NCBI GenBank assembly: GCA_049852185.1
Contig: CP187540.1
Strand: one strand, 5' to 3'
Source of the DNA: Methanocaldococcus sp. 28A
GTDB lineage: Archaea > AGJL01 > Methanococci > Methanococcales > Methanocaldococcaceae
DNA: 64,000 nucleotides
Under the pieces are notes generated by a model. That model was not told the origin of the DNA. It saw nothing but the letters and a program-made list of their open reading frames with translations, and ran no database searches. Each line of letters starts with the position of its first letter. The first letter of the stretch is position 1. The translations under genes were made by a program, and so were the position numbers. Positions 19,476-30,685 of the stretch are shown in pieces.

Positions 19476-20657
19476 TTGGCAATGATTGGATTAATAGGAA
19501 AGCCAAATGTAGGAAAATCAACAATGTTTAATGCTTTAACTGAAAAACCAGCTGAGATTGGAAATTATCCATTTACAACAATAACCCCTAATAAGGGTAT
19601 AGCATATATAACAAGCCCTTGCCCATGTAAGGAGTTAAATATAAAGTGCAATCCAAGGAATTCAAAATGTATAGATGGAATTAGATATATTCCAGTTGAA
19701 GTAATAGATGTTGCTGGTTTAGTTCCAGGAGCTCATGAAGGTAGAGGGATGGGAAATAAGTTCTTAGATGATTTAAGGCAGGCAGATGCATTTATCTTAG
19801 TTGTTGATGCCTCTGGAAAGACAGACGCTGAAGGTAATCCAACAGAAAACTATGACCCAGTTGAAGACGTTAAATTTTTGTTAAATGAGATAGATATGTG
19901 GATTTATAGCATTTTAACAAAAAATTGGGATAAATTGGCAAGAAGAGCTCAGCAAGAGAAGAATATAGTTAAGGCTTTAAAAGACCAATTGAGTGGGCTG
20001 AATATAGATGAAGATGATATAAAGATGGCTATTAGGGATATGGATGAAAGCCCAATTAAATGGACTGAAGAAGATTTACTAAACTTGGCTAAAAAATTAA
20101 GAAAGATATCAAAGCCAATGATTATTGCAGCGAATAAAGCAGACCATCCAGATGCAGAGAAGAATATTGAAAGGTTAAAAAAAGAGTTTGGAGATTATAT
20201 TGTTATCCCTACATCTGCAGAGATAGAGTTAGCTTTAAAAAGAGCTGAAAAAGCTGGAATTATAAAAAGAAAAGGAAATGACTTTGAGATAATTGATGAA
20301 AGTAAAGTGAATGAGCAAATGAGAAAAGCTTTTGATTATATAAAAGAGTTTTTAGAGAAATATGGAGGAACAGGAGTTCAAGAGTGTATAAATAGAGCAT
20401 ACTTTGATTTATTAAATATGATTGTTGTTTATCCAGTTGAAGATGAGAATAAATTTTCAGATAAACAAGGAAATGTATTGCCAGATGCTTTTTTAGTTAA
20501 AAAAGGAACTACTGCAAAAGAATTAGCTTATAAGATACATACAGAGTTGGGGGATAAGTTTATTTACGCAATAGATGCAAAAAAGAAAATTAGAGTTGGA
20601 GCAGATTACGAATTAAATCATAATGATATAATTAAAATAGTCTCTGCTGCAAAATAA
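19476..20657 (+). CDS. ychF: OBG-family YchF-like NTPase with TGS domain
   Basis: GKPNVGKST, YPFTT, DVAGLV.GA, NKAD, C-terminal TGS. Confidence 0.9.
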   Translation: MAMIGLIGKPNVGKSTMFNALTEKPAEIGNYPFTTITPNKGIAYITSPCPCKELNIKCNPRNSKCIDGIRYIPVEVIDVAGLVPGAHEGRGMGNKFLDDLRQADAFILVVDASGKTDAEGNPTENYDPVEDVKFLLNEIDMWIYSILTKNWDKLARRAQQEKNIVKALKDQLSGLNIDEDDIKMAIRDMDESPIKWTEEDLLNLAKKLRKISKPMIIAANKADHPDAEKNIERLKKEFGDYIVIPTSAEIELALKRAEKAGIIKRKGNDFEIIDESKVNEQMRKAFDYIKEFLEKYGGTGVQECINRAYFDLLNMIVVYPVEDENKFSDKQGNVLPDAFLVKKGTTAKELAYKIHTELGDKFIYAIDAKKKIRVGADYELNHNDIIKIVSAAK

Positions 20658-20665
20658 TAAATTTA

Positions 20666-21100
20666 TTATTCAAACACCTTACTCATACAGCCAGCTAACA
20701 ATCCAGCTATGGCATCATCCAAAAACATAAAACCTTCTTTGTCCAATTTCCCAATTATTCCTGGTTTTTTAGCATCATAAAATCTAAAGTTAAATATTGC
20801 CTTTGTTCCAGCAATTTCATTTGCTATAGCTAAGCCAATAACTTCATCAACATATACATAATTAGGGTCTTCGTTATAGTTGAATGGTAAATTATTAGCT
20901 TTCCCTTCTTTATCCAATAAACTTGCTGCAATTAATAAAGTTGAGACATTTGGATTATTTAACTCTTTAAGCAAAATATCTTTAAGTTTTTCTTTAACCT
21001 TATCCATTTCTTCATCATCCCCAATATACAAAGCCATTCCTGCATCTAATAAGCTATCAATAGTTATTCCAAAAGATTTTAACCTCTCAACAATATCCAT
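20666..21100 (-). CDS. PgpA/CobZ-like phosphatase (alpha-ribazole phosphatase family)
   Basis: DP.YVYVDE.IG..IA..IAG.KA.FNF..YD.KKPG..FLDDAI. Confidence 0.75.
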   Translation of the reverse strand: MDIVERLKSFGITIDSLLDAGMALYIGDDEEMDKVKEKLKDILLKELNNPNVSTLLIAASLLDKEGKANNLPFNYNEDPNYVYVDEVIGLAIANEIAGTKAIFNFRFYDAKKPGIIGKLDKEGFMFLDDAIAGLLAGCMSKVFE

Positions 21101-21158
21101 ATTCTCACCAAATTTTTAAAATAAGTTTAACAAACTTAAAAAAAATGGTATTTGAATA

Positions 21159-22019
21159 TTACATATCTTTTAATAAAAATTTTAAAATATTATAGGCTTC
21201 CTCTACGGTTATAGGTAAATTATTGATATTTAGTTTTTTACCTATATCTTTGTCATTTACTAAAAGTTTAAAAAGCTTTGTAATTTCTGGGACATCTAAG
21301 TTATTTTTTTCTAAGAGTTCTATATTATTAAAAATCTCTCTAGGGGAACCCTCTGCAATTAATCTTTTATTAAGAATATAACATCTATCAGCTAATGTTA
21401 TTAAATTAGGGTCATGACTTACAAAAATTATTGTCTTATTTTTACTTTTTAAATTTTTAATTAGGTTTATGATATAATTTCTACTTTTAGGGTCTAAGTA
21501 TGAGGTAGGTTCATCCATTAGTATTACATCCGGCTCAATGGACATTACTGCGGCTATGGATGACTTCTTTTTTTCTCCTCCACTTATATTATATGGATGT
21601 TTATCTTTGATGTGGTTTAATTTCATTTCATTAATTACCTTATCTGTAACTTCAATAGCTTTTTCTTTATCTCTATATAGGTGTAATGGGGCAAAAGCAA
21701 TATCGTCCCAAACTGTAGGATTAAATAGCATAATATCTGGGTCTTGAAATATAAGCCCTACTTTTTTTCTAAAATAACTCATAAACTCTTTATTGTTTAA
21801 TAATGATTCACTTAATTTCTTCCCTTCAAAATACACTTCTCCTTTTTGTGGAAATTCTAATGCGTCAAGTATTTTTAACAATGTAGTTTTTCCTGCACCA
21901 TTAGGCCCTATAATAGCTACAACTTCTCCATCATATATTTTAAGATTTACGTCTTCTAATGCGACAGTACCATCTGGATAATAGTAAGATACATTTCTTA
22001 ATTCGTATAGTGTCTTCAT
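21159..22019 (-). CDS. cbiO: ECF transporter ATPase (CbiO/NikO)
   Basis: GPNGAGKTT, FQDPD, SGGEKK, DEPT. Confidence 0.88.
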   Translation of the reverse strand: MKTLYELRNVSYYYPDGTVALEDVNLKIYDGEVVAIIGPNGAGKTTLLKILDALEFPQKGEVYFEGKKLSESLLNNKEFMSYFRKKVGLIFQDPDIMLFNPTVWDDIAFAPLHLYRDKEKAIEVTDKVINEMKLNHIKDKHPYNISGGEKKKSSIAAVMSIEPDVILMDEPTSYLDPKSRNYIINLIKNLKSKNKTIIFVSHDPNLITLADRCYILNKRLIAEGSPREIFNNIELLEKNNLDVPEITKLFKLLVNDKDIGKKLNINNLPITVEEAYNILKFLLKDM

Positions 22020-22933
22020 AATATCAACCTATCCAAGCATATTGATGATACAGATAACAATATAATTATAATTAAAAAAACAAAATCATATTTAGTAAAT
22101 TTAAATTTTGTAATAATATGGACTTCATTTAAATAACCTCTTGATAGCATAGCATAGTATAAATCTTCACCCATTCTTTGAGTTTTCATAAAAAGAGCTC
22201 CCATACTTTTACCTGCAATTATCCAGCTTTCTTTTAATTTTAGTCTATTACATAACCTTGATTTTTTTGAATACATCATTTCTAAAACATTATTTAGTAA
22301 AAGGAATATATACCGATATGCAAGAGTCATTATCGTTATTATAACCTCAGGAACACCCAATATATTTAATGATTTCATTATTTCGTCCCATCTTGTGGTT
22401 AAAGTAATTAAAACTGTATAGGATATAGCAGTAGCCACTCTTAATGTAAATAAAGTTGCATATTTTAGACCTTCATAAGTTATAGCGATATAAAAAGGAT
22501 GCTGTAAAATAACAATTATAGGATGCCCTGGAGTAATAAAAATTACAGGTAATATTATTATTCCTGTAAATATTGGAATAAATACCCAAACTCTTTTTAG
22601 ATAGTACAATACAGGAATCTTTGATAACTTGCAAAAAACAAGAGAAAGGGTATATAATATAATCAATACCAATATATGCTTAATTGTAATCGTAGTTATA
22701 ACCATTAAAAATAATCCTAATACTTTTACTCTTGCGTCTAATCTCTGTAGAAATCCATCTTTCTGCTTAGCGAATTTTTCAGAAAAAATTGATTCTTGTA
22801 TATATTTTACTACATGCTCAACTGTTTTATCAATTAACTTCACAAAACTCACCAGTAAATCTCTTACTATATAGACATAAAAAATAGAAAAAATAATTTG
22901 AGGTACTTTACGAAGGATTGTTACCATAAACAA
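22016..22933 (-). CDS. cbiQ: ECF T component (CbiQ/NikQ); true start probably further downstream
   Basis: LDARVK, YRYIFLL, Y.AMLSRGY; multiple transmembrane helices. Confidence 0.85.
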   Translation of the reverse strand: MFMVTILRKVPQIIFSIFYVYIVRDLLVSFVKLIDKTVEHVVKYIQESIFSEKFAKQKDGFLQRLDARVKVLGLFLMVITTITIKHILVLIILYTLSLVFCKLSKIPVLYYLKRVWVFIPIFTGIIILPVIFITPGHPIIVILQHPFYIAITYEGLKYATLFTLRVATAISYTVLITLTTRWDEIMKSLNILGVPEVIITIMTLAYRYIFLLLNNVLEMMYSKKSRLCNRLKLKESWIIAGKSMGALFMKTQRMGEDLYYAMLSRGYLNEVHIITKFKFTKYDFVFLIIIILLSVSSICLDRLIL

Positions 22934-23249
22934 ATTTAACTAAGCCATAGTAAGCTATAATACATAATATTACTCCTACTATTGCAGATATTATATAGCC
23001 AATAGAAGCTTTTAAGGGCGTATCCCATCCGGGTATATCATAATCTGGTAATATTGCATAACTCCAAATTCCAGACAGTTCTTCCATCCCTTGTATATTA
23101 GCATGAACTTTTTTAGCTAACTCACTAACATCCCATTCTCCCCAAGCATCACCATAATTCCATACTAACAATATACCAATAGGACAACAAATTATCAATG
23201 CTATTATTATATAAACAAATTTTTTAACTAAGGGGTCATCAAAGTTCAA
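22908..23249 (-). CDS. PDGLE/NikN-type accessory membrane protein
   Basis: AWGEW and ILPDY motifs, two TM helices, located between cbiM and cbiQ. Confidence 0.8.
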   Translation of the reverse strand: MNFDDPLVKKFVYIIIALIICCPIGILLVWNYGDAWGEWDVSELAKKVHANIQGMEELSGIWSYAILPDYDIPGWDTPLKASIGYIISAIVGVILCIIAYYGLVKFVYGNNPS

Positions 23250-23915
23250 TTAATTCACCCCCAAATGCTCTTTTTTCGTTAATTCGAATAAATCTGGTCT
23301 TGATTTTTTAACATACCATACTACTATTGCAGTTACAACTGCAGCAGCAGGACCTGCAGTTACTAAATGAGCTAAGGCCATTGCAGGAACAGATACTGTA
23401 AATGGATATGGACAATATCCTGGTTCTATGAAAGGTTGTAATCCAAACTCAAACCCTGCAACAATTGCAGCTGTAACTATTCCTACATAAGCTCCAATAC
23501 CACTAGCGATAACATCACCAACTTTATCTTTTAGGAACTTATAGGTATAGTATCCAACAAATGGTAAAACTACACCCATATTAAAACAATTAGCTCCTAA
23601 CGTTGTAATTCCCCCATCACCAAAGAAAATTGCCTGAATAAATAACACAATTGATATAGCTATTGTTGCTACCCAAGGATTGTCCATTAATATAGCTATT
23701 AATGTACCACCAACCATGTGGGCAGTAGTTCCATCTGGAACTGGGAGGTTATACATCATTATTAAAAAGGAAAATGCTGTTAAAATTCCTAATAGGGGGA
23801 TTTGTTTTGGGTGTAACTTCTTTAATTCTTTAACTCCTCTATACCAAAAATACAACATTACTAAGTAAAAAAACGCACAAGTTATTGGACCCAAATATCC
23901 ATCTGGTATGTGCAT
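23250..23915 (-). CDS. cbiM: ECF S component CbiM/NikM
   Basis: N-terminal MHIPDG metal-binding motif, GTTAH, FGDGG..LGAN..NM. Confidence 0.92.
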   Translation of the reverse strand: MHIPDGYLGPITCAFFYLVMLYFWYRGVKELKKLHPKQIPLLGILTAFSFLIMMYNLPVPDGTTAHMVGGTLIAILMDNPWVATIAISIVLFIQAIFFGDGGITTLGANCFNMGVVLPFVGYYTYKFLKDKVGDVIASGIGAYVGIVTAAIVAGFEFGLQPFIEPGYCPYPFTVSVPAMALAHLVTAGPAAAVVTAIVVWYVKKSRPDLFELTKKEHLGVN

Positions 23916-24233
23916 AGTTTCACCTTATTTGATATTATTTAATTGAATTAACATCATACTTAATGTAAGTAATACTATTTAAACTTTTCTCTATTTTCTC
24001 TATTAAAATTTATTAAAAATGTCTTGAATTAATATAAAAAAATGTTACATAAAATTAAAATAAAAAAAAATTGAGTTACTAAATATTATTCAACTTATTA
24101 TTTAATATTTGAAAAATAGCGATTTTTACGGAATGTTCTATTTTAAAAGGTTTTATATTAGTTTGCTAATTAATACCCAATATTTAATTTTCAAAAGAGT
24201 GAAACTACCTTAGCAGTAAATAATGGGGATACT

Positions 24234-24386
24234 ATGAACTGGATTGAGAAATATATGGAAATATTACAATGTCCCTATTGCAGAGGGGATTTATATTTAG
24301 ACAAGGGTAAAAATAAGTTGATATGTAAAAAATGCAATAGAGTTTATGATATAGTTGATGGAATACCAATATTAATAAAATATTGA
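24234..24386 (+). CDS. Trm112-family methyltransferase activator (50 aa, absent from the ORF track)
   Basis: MNWIEKYMEILQCPYCRGDL...LICKKCNRVYDIVDGIPILIKY*; GGGGA ribosome-binding site. Confidence 0.9.
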   Translation: MNWIEKYMEILQCPYCRGDLYLDKGKNKLICKKCNRVYDIVDGIPILIKY

Positions 24387-24394
24387 GGGATAAT

Positions 24395-24916
24395 ATGAGG
24401 CTATTTTTAGCTATAGATATTCCAGAAAATTTAAAAGAAGAAATAGCTAAATTCCAGGAGCATTTTAAAATGAAAGGAATAAAGTTGGTTGAAAAAGAAA
24501 ATTTGCATATAACTGTTAAATTTTTAGGAGAAGTTGATGAAGAAAAATTAAAAGAAATATTGAATTTGGATTTATCAATTGAGCCAATAAAAATAAAATT
24601 AAAACACATTGGAACTTTCCCAAACTCTAACTATATAAGAGTTATATGGATTAAAGCAGAGAATGAAAACCTTATAGAGATTTTTAAAGACATTGATAAA
24701 AAAATATCAAACTTAGGATTTAAAAAAGAGAGAGAATATGTTCCACATTTAACAATAGGAAGAGTTAAATTCATTGACAATAAGAAAAAATTAAAGGATA
24801 GAATTGAGAAATATAAAGATATTGATTTTGGAGAGTTTGAAGCAAAACACATAAAGCTTTATAAGTCAACTTTAACTCCAAACGGCCCTATATATGAAGT
24901 TGTTAAAGAGTGGTAG
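24395..24916 (+). CDS. thpR: RNA 2',3'-cyclic phosphodiesterase (2H family)
   Basis: MRLFLAI and two HxT motifs (HIT, HLT). Confidence 0.92.
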   Translation: MRLFLAIDIPENLKEEIAKFQEHFKMKGIKLVEKENLHITVKFLGEVDEEKLKEILNLDLSIEPIKIKLKHIGTFPNSNYIRVIWIKAENENLIEIFKDIDKKISNLGFKKEREYVPHLTIGRVKFIDNKKKLKDRIEKYKDIDFGEFEAKHIKLYKSTLTPNGPIYEVVKEW

Positions 24917-25437
24917 CAATGAATGAAAACATGCAAAAGCTACACTATATCATTAACCTATTAACAAATGGAAATAAAAAGAAGTGGATAAAACAAACAG
25001 TTTTATATGCTCTTATATATTATTTTATAAAATTAGATGTTTTTAAAGAATATGATTATGCTCCAACACCGTTTATGTGGGAAGATAAGATAAAATTCAT
25101 AAATATCTCTTACGATGCAATAAACGATTTAAACTACCTTTTAGATAACAACTATTTAAATGAGATTTTATTATCAGTTAGAGGTTTGAATGAATTTATT
25201 ATTGGATATAGCATTGGGAAAGAGATAGATTACAATTTTAGCCAGAAAGATAAAGAAATAATAGATAATACATTATTAGAAGATGGACATTTAAAAGAAA
25301 TTCAAATAACTGAAGATGGAATAATAATAAAATCAAAAAAAGAGGACATAAAGATAAAAATTACAAACATTGATAAAATCAGCTACAAATCAAAAAGCTA
25401 TATAATGAAGGTATCATTATGGGATACAGGGCTGTGA
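24910..25437 (+). CDS. Hypothetical protein, possible winged helix
   Basis: 175-aa ORF overlapping both neighbours; YDYAP motif. Confidence 0.75.
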   Translation: MVAMNENMQKLHYIINLLTNGNKKKWIKQTVLYALIYYFIKLDVFKEYDYAPTPFMWEDKIKFINISYDAINDLNYLLDNNYLNEILLSVRGLNEFIIGYSIGKEIDYNFSQKDKEIIDNTLLEDGHLKEIQITEDGIIIKSKKEDIKIKITNIDKISYKSKSYIMKVSLWDTGL

Positions 25438-26762
25438 AAATAAAAAATCCAAAGGTAATTTTGACTGAGTGGATACCTTTTGGTAAAAACTACATGACAG
25501 AATTCATAGATAGAATTACTTTGAAGGAGTATCAAAGAAAGAGAATTAAATATTTCACAGCATCAGAGGATAGAGATATAAAGGATAAAGCAATTTTTGA
25601 AACTTCTGAATATCAAACAACAGTAGATATTATTGATTTTATTCCAGAAACTTCTGTAAAATTCAATGCTGAAATAAAAGGAGAAAGAAAGAAGGATGTT
25701 TTTATATATGTTGATTATCTTGGAAGATGTATTTATGCATCTGAAATAACTAAAGCTGAAAATGAAGAGGGTTTTATAAGTTTAGACAATCTCTCATTTA
25801 TAATTCCTGATTTAATTTTAGATTCTTCAAGAATTATGTCTCATTTAATTGCTCCACCACAAAGATATATCTTAGAGACATTATATGGGAAAATAAAAGT
25901 TTATAAGCATGTTACCATTTTAACAGAAACTAAAATAGACCTAAATGAAAAAACTTTGATAGAGATTAGTCAAGTTATTGGAGCAGTTAAATATATACTT
26001 GAGGTAAATGATGGATTAATAATCTTTGGAGACTTTGGAATCTTAATCTCTAATCCAAAGTCAGAGAAATTTGAAAAGTTTATCTACTACTATCCATTTA
26101 TAAGGAGTATTACTGGAGTTTCAAGAGATTTATTTTTTAAGCTCAACACTATAGCTTCAAAGTTGGAAGTTATTAGTAATACTCTAGAATCAGGTATTGA
26201 TTTAGAAGATATAACTGATATTAGGGGAGAGTTAAGTAGTATAGATAGAGAACTGTCAGTTATAGAAATTACTTGCGGATATTTAAAAGAAATTATTGAA
26301 TTTTTAAACTCATCATATCCTCCAAACTTTGGTGATTTTGATATAATGATTTTGGAGAAAGTTGATGCAGAAAGAAAGCTAAAACGTCTTATTTATAGAA
26401 TTGCAGAGATAGAAAACATTTTAACAAGTAATAGTAGTTTAGCAACAAGCTTAACGAGGTTGCTAACAACTATATCTGAAGATTTAGAAAGAAAAATAGC
26501 CAATCAATTAGCTGAAAATACTAAATATCAAGTTGCTATTGGAGAGGCAATGGAAGTTTTAGAGATAGGAATTTTTGGAGTATATGCTTTAGAAGCAGCC
26601 CATGTTTTGCTATTAACTTCTGGAAAGGAGGAGATACTGCATCACACTAAAATATTTGGATTTCCATTAGATTTTTGGATAATACTGTCTGTTACAATAT
26701 TTGGAATTTACCTTGGAAAGATTATTATTGAGCATAGGAAAAAGAAAATATTAAGAAAATAA
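25419..26762 (+). CDS. Hypothetical membrane protein with long helical soluble part and two C-terminal hydrophobic segments
   Basis: 447 aa; hydrophobic C-terminus ending in a basic tail. Confidence 0.78.
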   Translation: MGYRAVKIKNPKVILTEWIPFGKNYMTEFIDRITLKEYQRKRIKYFTASEDRDIKDKAIFETSEYQTTVDIIDFIPETSVKFNAEIKGERKKDVFIYVDYLGRCIYASEITKAENEEGFISLDNLSFIIPDLILDSSRIMSHLIAPPQRYILETLYGKIKVYKHVTILTETKIDLNEKTLIEISQVIGAVKYILEVNDGLIIFGDFGILISNPKSEKFEKFIYYYPFIRSITGVSRDLFFKLNTIASKLEVISNTLESGIDLEDITDIRGELSSIDRELSVIEITCGYLKEIIEFLNSSYPPNFGDFDIMILEKVDAERKLKRLIYRIAEIENILTSNSSLATSLTRLLTTISEDLERKIANQLAENTKYQVAIGEAMEVLEIGIFGVYALEAAHVLLLTSGKEEILHHTKIFGFPLDFWIILSVTIFGIYLGKIIIEHRKKKILRK

Positions 26763-28298
26763 ATCATCATCTCCAAACGCACTATCGTCTATTTTATCAG
26801 ATTTTTTTAAATTTTCAGAATTTATATAATCTTTTTCCCAAAGTTCAACAATTTTTAAATCTTCTCCTCCATATCTTCCATCAAATTTATCCACTTTAAC
26901 GATTGCAGGCACTTTTATACAAGGTCCTAATATTATAGCCTCCCCAATGTTTAAGCTTGTTAATTGCTTTATTAAATCTTCACTCAAATTTTCAGAAGCC
27001 ATTTGGACATGTTTTTGGTCTGTTGGTTCAATAAGCTTAGATATTATTAAGTTAGAACACTGTGATAAAGTTTCAGCATCTAAGGTTTTAGGTCTTTGTG
27101 AAACTAAACATAAGCCCACTCCAAACTTTCTACCCTCTCTTGCTATTCTGCTTAGATAATACTTAGCCCTTGTTTTTCTATTTTGTGGAGCTATTAAATG
27201 AGCTTCTTCAAAAATCATGAATATTGGTTTTGCAAAATCTCTTCCTTTCTCTATAATAATCCGCTTTCTATCATCTAAAACAGCTTTTGCTATGTATGAA
27301 ACAACAATATCTACAGCGTTCTCATCCAATTCTTCCATTGGAATTATGTTGATATAATGCTCTCTAATGTCATTTATTGGATTATAGTGGAGAGTTATAA
27401 TATTTTTCCTAAACTGCAACATATCTTCCAATCTAAATATGGCTGTTTGTATGCTGCTTTCATCTTTTTTATAGTTGTCATCTACCTTATATTCTTCTAA
27501 CTTTCTAATAATTGCATTTACATATTCTTCAACTGTGCTGAAATCACTTTCCTTAAATTTCTCTTTAATTTCTTTAATCGCCTTTCTTATGTATGGCCTT
27601 TGCTTTGTTGCTTGAACATCTACGCCAGCCAAATCACATAAATCATCATCATTTATTCTATAGATGTTTATCTTTGGCTCAATAACATGAACTCTAAGTT
27701 TTTCACTTTCACAATATATGTCTCTATACTCTCCATGCATATCAAAAACTAAAACCGTTGCTTTAAGCTTATTTAGCTCTCTCAACAAAACAGCTACAGT
27801 ATTTGATTTACCCATCCCAGTCATCGCCAATATTGCCAAATGCCTTGAACATAATTTATTTGCGTCTAACTTAATTTCAACGTCCTCTCTTGTAACCAAA
27901 TGCCCTATTTTTAAATGCCCATTACCAAAAACCTTTTTTAATATATTATCATCTGCTCTATAAATTGGTATTCCTGGCTTTGGTGGAACTCTTGGCAACT
28001 TTAAAGCTCCATTTTTATTATTTAATCCCTTAATATCCCCTAAAACTTTTATCTTTCCTAAAATATAATAAGAGGAATTATCTTCGAATTTTCTAATCTT
28101 CTCTAAATGTTCTATACTTAAAATATCTTCTAAAGCCAAGTTTCCTTGAATTGTGCTTTCAACCATTCCTAATAGCTCAGAGTTGTCATAATTTATTTTA
28201 ACATAATCTCCTACTTTAGGAGCTTCTTTAGCCAAAAATGTTAGTTCATCAATCCTTGTTTCTCCTATTGTGTATCCAATAATCTCATTATTGTTCAT
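26751..28298 (-). CDS. HerA-like ATPase (HAS barrel plus DUF87)
   Basis: RHLAILAMTGMGKS, FDMHGEY, EEAH, IAREGRKFG, SQRP. Confidence 0.9.
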   Translation of the reverse strand: MNNNEIIGYTIGETRIDELTFLAKEAPKVGDYVKINYDNSELLGMVESTIQGNLALEDILSIEHLEKIRKFEDNSSYYILGKIKVLGDIKGLNNKNGALKLPRVPPKPGIPIYRADDNILKKVFGNGHLKIGHLVTREDVEIKLDANKLCSRHLAILAMTGMGKSNTVAVLLRELNKLKATVLVFDMHGEYRDIYCESEKLRVHVIEPKINIYRINDDDLCDLAGVDVQATKQRPYIRKAIKEIKEKFKESDFSTVEEYVNAIIRKLEEYKVDDNYKKDESSIQTAIFRLEDMLQFRKNIITLHYNPINDIREHYINIIPMEELDENAVDIVVSYIAKAVLDDRKRIIIEKGRDFAKPIFMIFEEAHLIAPQNRKTRAKYYLSRIAREGRKFGVGLCLVSQRPKTLDAETLSQCSNLIISKLIEPTDQKHVQMASENLSEDLIKQLTSLNIGEAIILGPCIKVPAIVKVDKFDGRYGGEDLKIVELWEKDYINSENLKKSDKIDDSAFGDDDLFS

Positions 28299-28811
28299 CT
28301 AATCACCGGCTGAATTATCTATTATTTTTATTTTTAAATTGCTATTTTCATCTTTAACTTCTTCGTTCTCTTCTTTTTCTTCTTCATTTTCTAATTCATC
28401 TTCGTTAATTATAACTCCTCCTTTAGTTCTTGGGGCGATGTCTTTAATTATTTTCATAATGTCTTCATTTTCATCAGCGATTATCTTAACAAATATCCCG
28501 CCATGGGTGTCTATGTCAAAATTCACTGCACTTACATAGGCAGCCTGTTTATTTAAATAAAATTTTGTTGAGTTGTTTGATAATCCTTTCTCTAAAACTA
28601 TTCTTGCGGCATCTAATATTGCCTGACTTCTTAAAAGCTCCTTTAGCTTTTCTACATTCTTAGTTTTTCCTTCCCATTTTCCAAACTCGTTATCTTCTTT
28701 AATAAAGTTTAGTTTTGCCCTTGGAAATATATTTAAGATAGCTTTTTTAACTTTGTATTTGTCTTCAGTAGGTTTTACTTTTGCTTTAATTATGACTTCC
28801 AATAACATCAC
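28299..28811 (-). CDS. UPF0201 RNA-binding family protein
   Basis: V.PTED..KV.KA..NIFP, Q.ILDAAR, LNKQAA. Confidence 0.85.
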   Translation of the reverse strand: MMLLEVIIKAKVKPTEDKYKVKKAILNIFPRAKLNFIKEDNEFGKWEGKTKNVEKLKELLRSQAILDAARIVLEKGLSNNSTKFYLNKQAAYVSAVNFDIDTHGGIFVKIIADENEDIMKIIKDIAPRTKGGVIINEDELENEEEKEENEEVKDENSNLKIKIIDNSAGD

Positions 28812-28964
28812 CTTATGTTTTTGTTTATAATAAATAATAAAGCTATTAAGGATACAAATAACTTTTTCATCTTTTTAATTATTTTCAATTATAGATTTTA
28901 ATATTTAATTTAGATGATTTTAGTAAGGCTTATATATTTTCATTAATTACATTTTATTCAATTG

Positions 28965-28982
28965 GTTCAAAAATTTTTGAAC
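28965..28982. promoter_or_regulatory. Perfect 18-bp palindrome, candidate operator
   Basis: GTTCAAAAATTTTTGAAC about 30 nt downstream of the TATA element (TTATATA, 28930-28936) of the GbsR/MarR operon. Confidence 0.7.
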
Positions 28983-29046
28983 ATTCTAAACTTATAGTAT
29001 TATAGTATTATAGAGTATAAATCCAAGGTTTTGAAAAGATTATGTA

Positions 29047-29499
29047 GTGATAAGTATGGAAGAAGTAAAAAAATTAATTATTGAGTTATTTTCAGAAATT
29101 GCAAAGATTCATGGATTGAATAAATCAATGGGAGCTGTTTATGCCATCCTCTACTTGTCAGATAAACCATTAACAATCTCAGACATTATGGAAGAATTAA
29201 AGATTAGCAAGGGAAATGTTAGTATGTCTTTAAAAAAGCTTGAAGAGCTTGGATTTGTAAAAAAGGTTTGGATTAAAGGAGAGAGAAGAAATTATTACAC
29301 TGCTATTGATGGTTTTTCATCAATTAAAGATATTGCAAAGAAAAAACACGATTTAATTACAAAAACTTATGAAGATTTAAAAAAATTAGAAGAAATATGC
29401 AATGAAGAAGAGAAAGAGTTTATAAAACAAAAAATTAGAGGAATTGAAAGAATGAAAAAAGTTTCTGAGAAGATTTTAGAGACATTAAATGAGTTATAA
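29047..29499 (+). CDS. GbsR/MarR-family transcriptional regulator
   Basis: G..YAILYL..PLT..I.E.L..SKGNVS..LK.L, GERR.YY. Confidence 0.88.
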   Translation: MISMEEVKKLIIELFSEIAKIHGLNKSMGAVYAILYLSDKPLTISDIMEELKISKGNVSMSLKKLEELGFVKKVWIKGERRNYYTAIDGFSSIKDIAKKKHDLITKTYEDLKKLEEICNEEEKEFIKQKIRGIERMKKVSEKILETLNEL

Positions 29500-30685
29500 T
29501 TTATTTATAATGGTGGTATTGATGCTTAGAGAAATTTTAAAAAAAATTGCTCATTTTTCTGAACAAAAGCCATTCTTAATGGTTCTAATCATCTTAGTTA
29601 TAACAGTATTTGCTGGAATATCGGCAACTAATGTAAAAACTCAAACATCCTTTGAGAAAATGCTTCCTCAAGATAATCCAATAATAAAAACATTATATGA
29701 AGTTAGGGATGAATTTGGAGGAACAGATGTCATAATTATTTGTATAAAGCTAAAACCCTCAGATAGTTATGATAAAGTTGTTGATATAAGAGACCCAAGA
29801 GTTCTAAGGGCAATTAAAGAATTGGAAGAGAATTTGAGATATGTTGATGGAATAACTAATGTGTATTCTCCTGTAGATATAATAATCCAAAAAAATAATG
29901 GTGTTGTGCCAAATGACATTGATACAGTTAAAAATATCCTATCTAAGCTTCCAGAAAATGAAAGAAGGAAGATATTCAATTCTGATTATTCAATGACTGT
30001 TGTTTATGCATATACAGATGTTGGAGATAACCAGAAAAAGCTCATGAGGCTTATGGAAGACGTAAATGAAAGAATTAAAGAAACTCCATTTCCTCCAGGA
30101 GTTGAAGCTATAGCAACAGGAACTCCTCCAATGAGACAATTGTTAGATATATTGATGAAAGAAAGCCAGAAATTTACAACAATAGTAGGTCTAATTGGAG
30201 TTTTGATAATATTAATTATCTACTTCAGAAAGCCTCTATCTTCAATAATGCCTCTCTTACCTGTGCTTATAGCGGTTATATGGACTGGAGGGGCTATGGG
30301 GCTTTTAAATATTCCGTTGGATATGGCAACGGCTGGAATTGGTTCTCTGATATTAGGGTTGGGTATTGATTATGGTATCCATTTAATGCATAGGTATAAT
30401 GAAGAAAGAAAGAAAGGAATTCCAATTGATAAAGCAATAGAAATATCTGTAGTTGAAACAGGAACTGCAGTTACAGCTACAACAGCAACAACAGTAGTAG
30501 GTTTCTTAGCTTTGGTTTTAGCTCCATTACCATTGATGGCAAACTTAGGGAAGGTTTGTGCTTTAGGGATAACATTTTCTATGATTATCGTCCTTACCTT
30601 ATTACCCGCTTTAATTGTTATTGAAGAAAAATACGTAATCCCATATATTAAGAGATTAAGAGGTGGTTCTAATGTTAACCAATAA
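29489..30685 (+). CDS. Half-size RND/MMPL (HAE3-type) transporter
   Basis: [23 protein letters not shown]. Confidence 0.88.
   Translation: MSYNLFIMVVLMLREILKKIAHFSEQKPFLMVLIILVITVFAGISATNVKTQTSFEKMLPQDNPIIKTLYEVRDEFGGTDVIIICIKLKPSDSYDKVVDIRDPRVLRAIKELEENLRYVDGITNVYSPVDIIIQKNNGVVPNDIDTVKNILSKLPENERRKIFNSDYSMTVVYAYTDVGDNQKKLMRLMEDVNERIKETPFPPGVEAIATGTPPMRQLLDILMKESQKFTTIVGLIGVLIILIIYFRKPLSSIMPLLPVLIAVIWTGGAMGLLNIPLDMATAGIGSLILGLGIDYGIHLMHRYNEERKKGIPIDKAIEISVVETGTAVTATTATTVVGFLALVLAPLPLMANLGKVCALGITFSMIIVLTLLPALIVIEEKYVIPYIKRLRGGSNVNQ

Noticed and set aside
26751-28298. HerA-based anti-phage system (with SIR2/NurA partner)
   Set aside because: Neighbours are a UPF0201 protein and housekeeping genes; no effector nuclease or sirtuin is adjacent.
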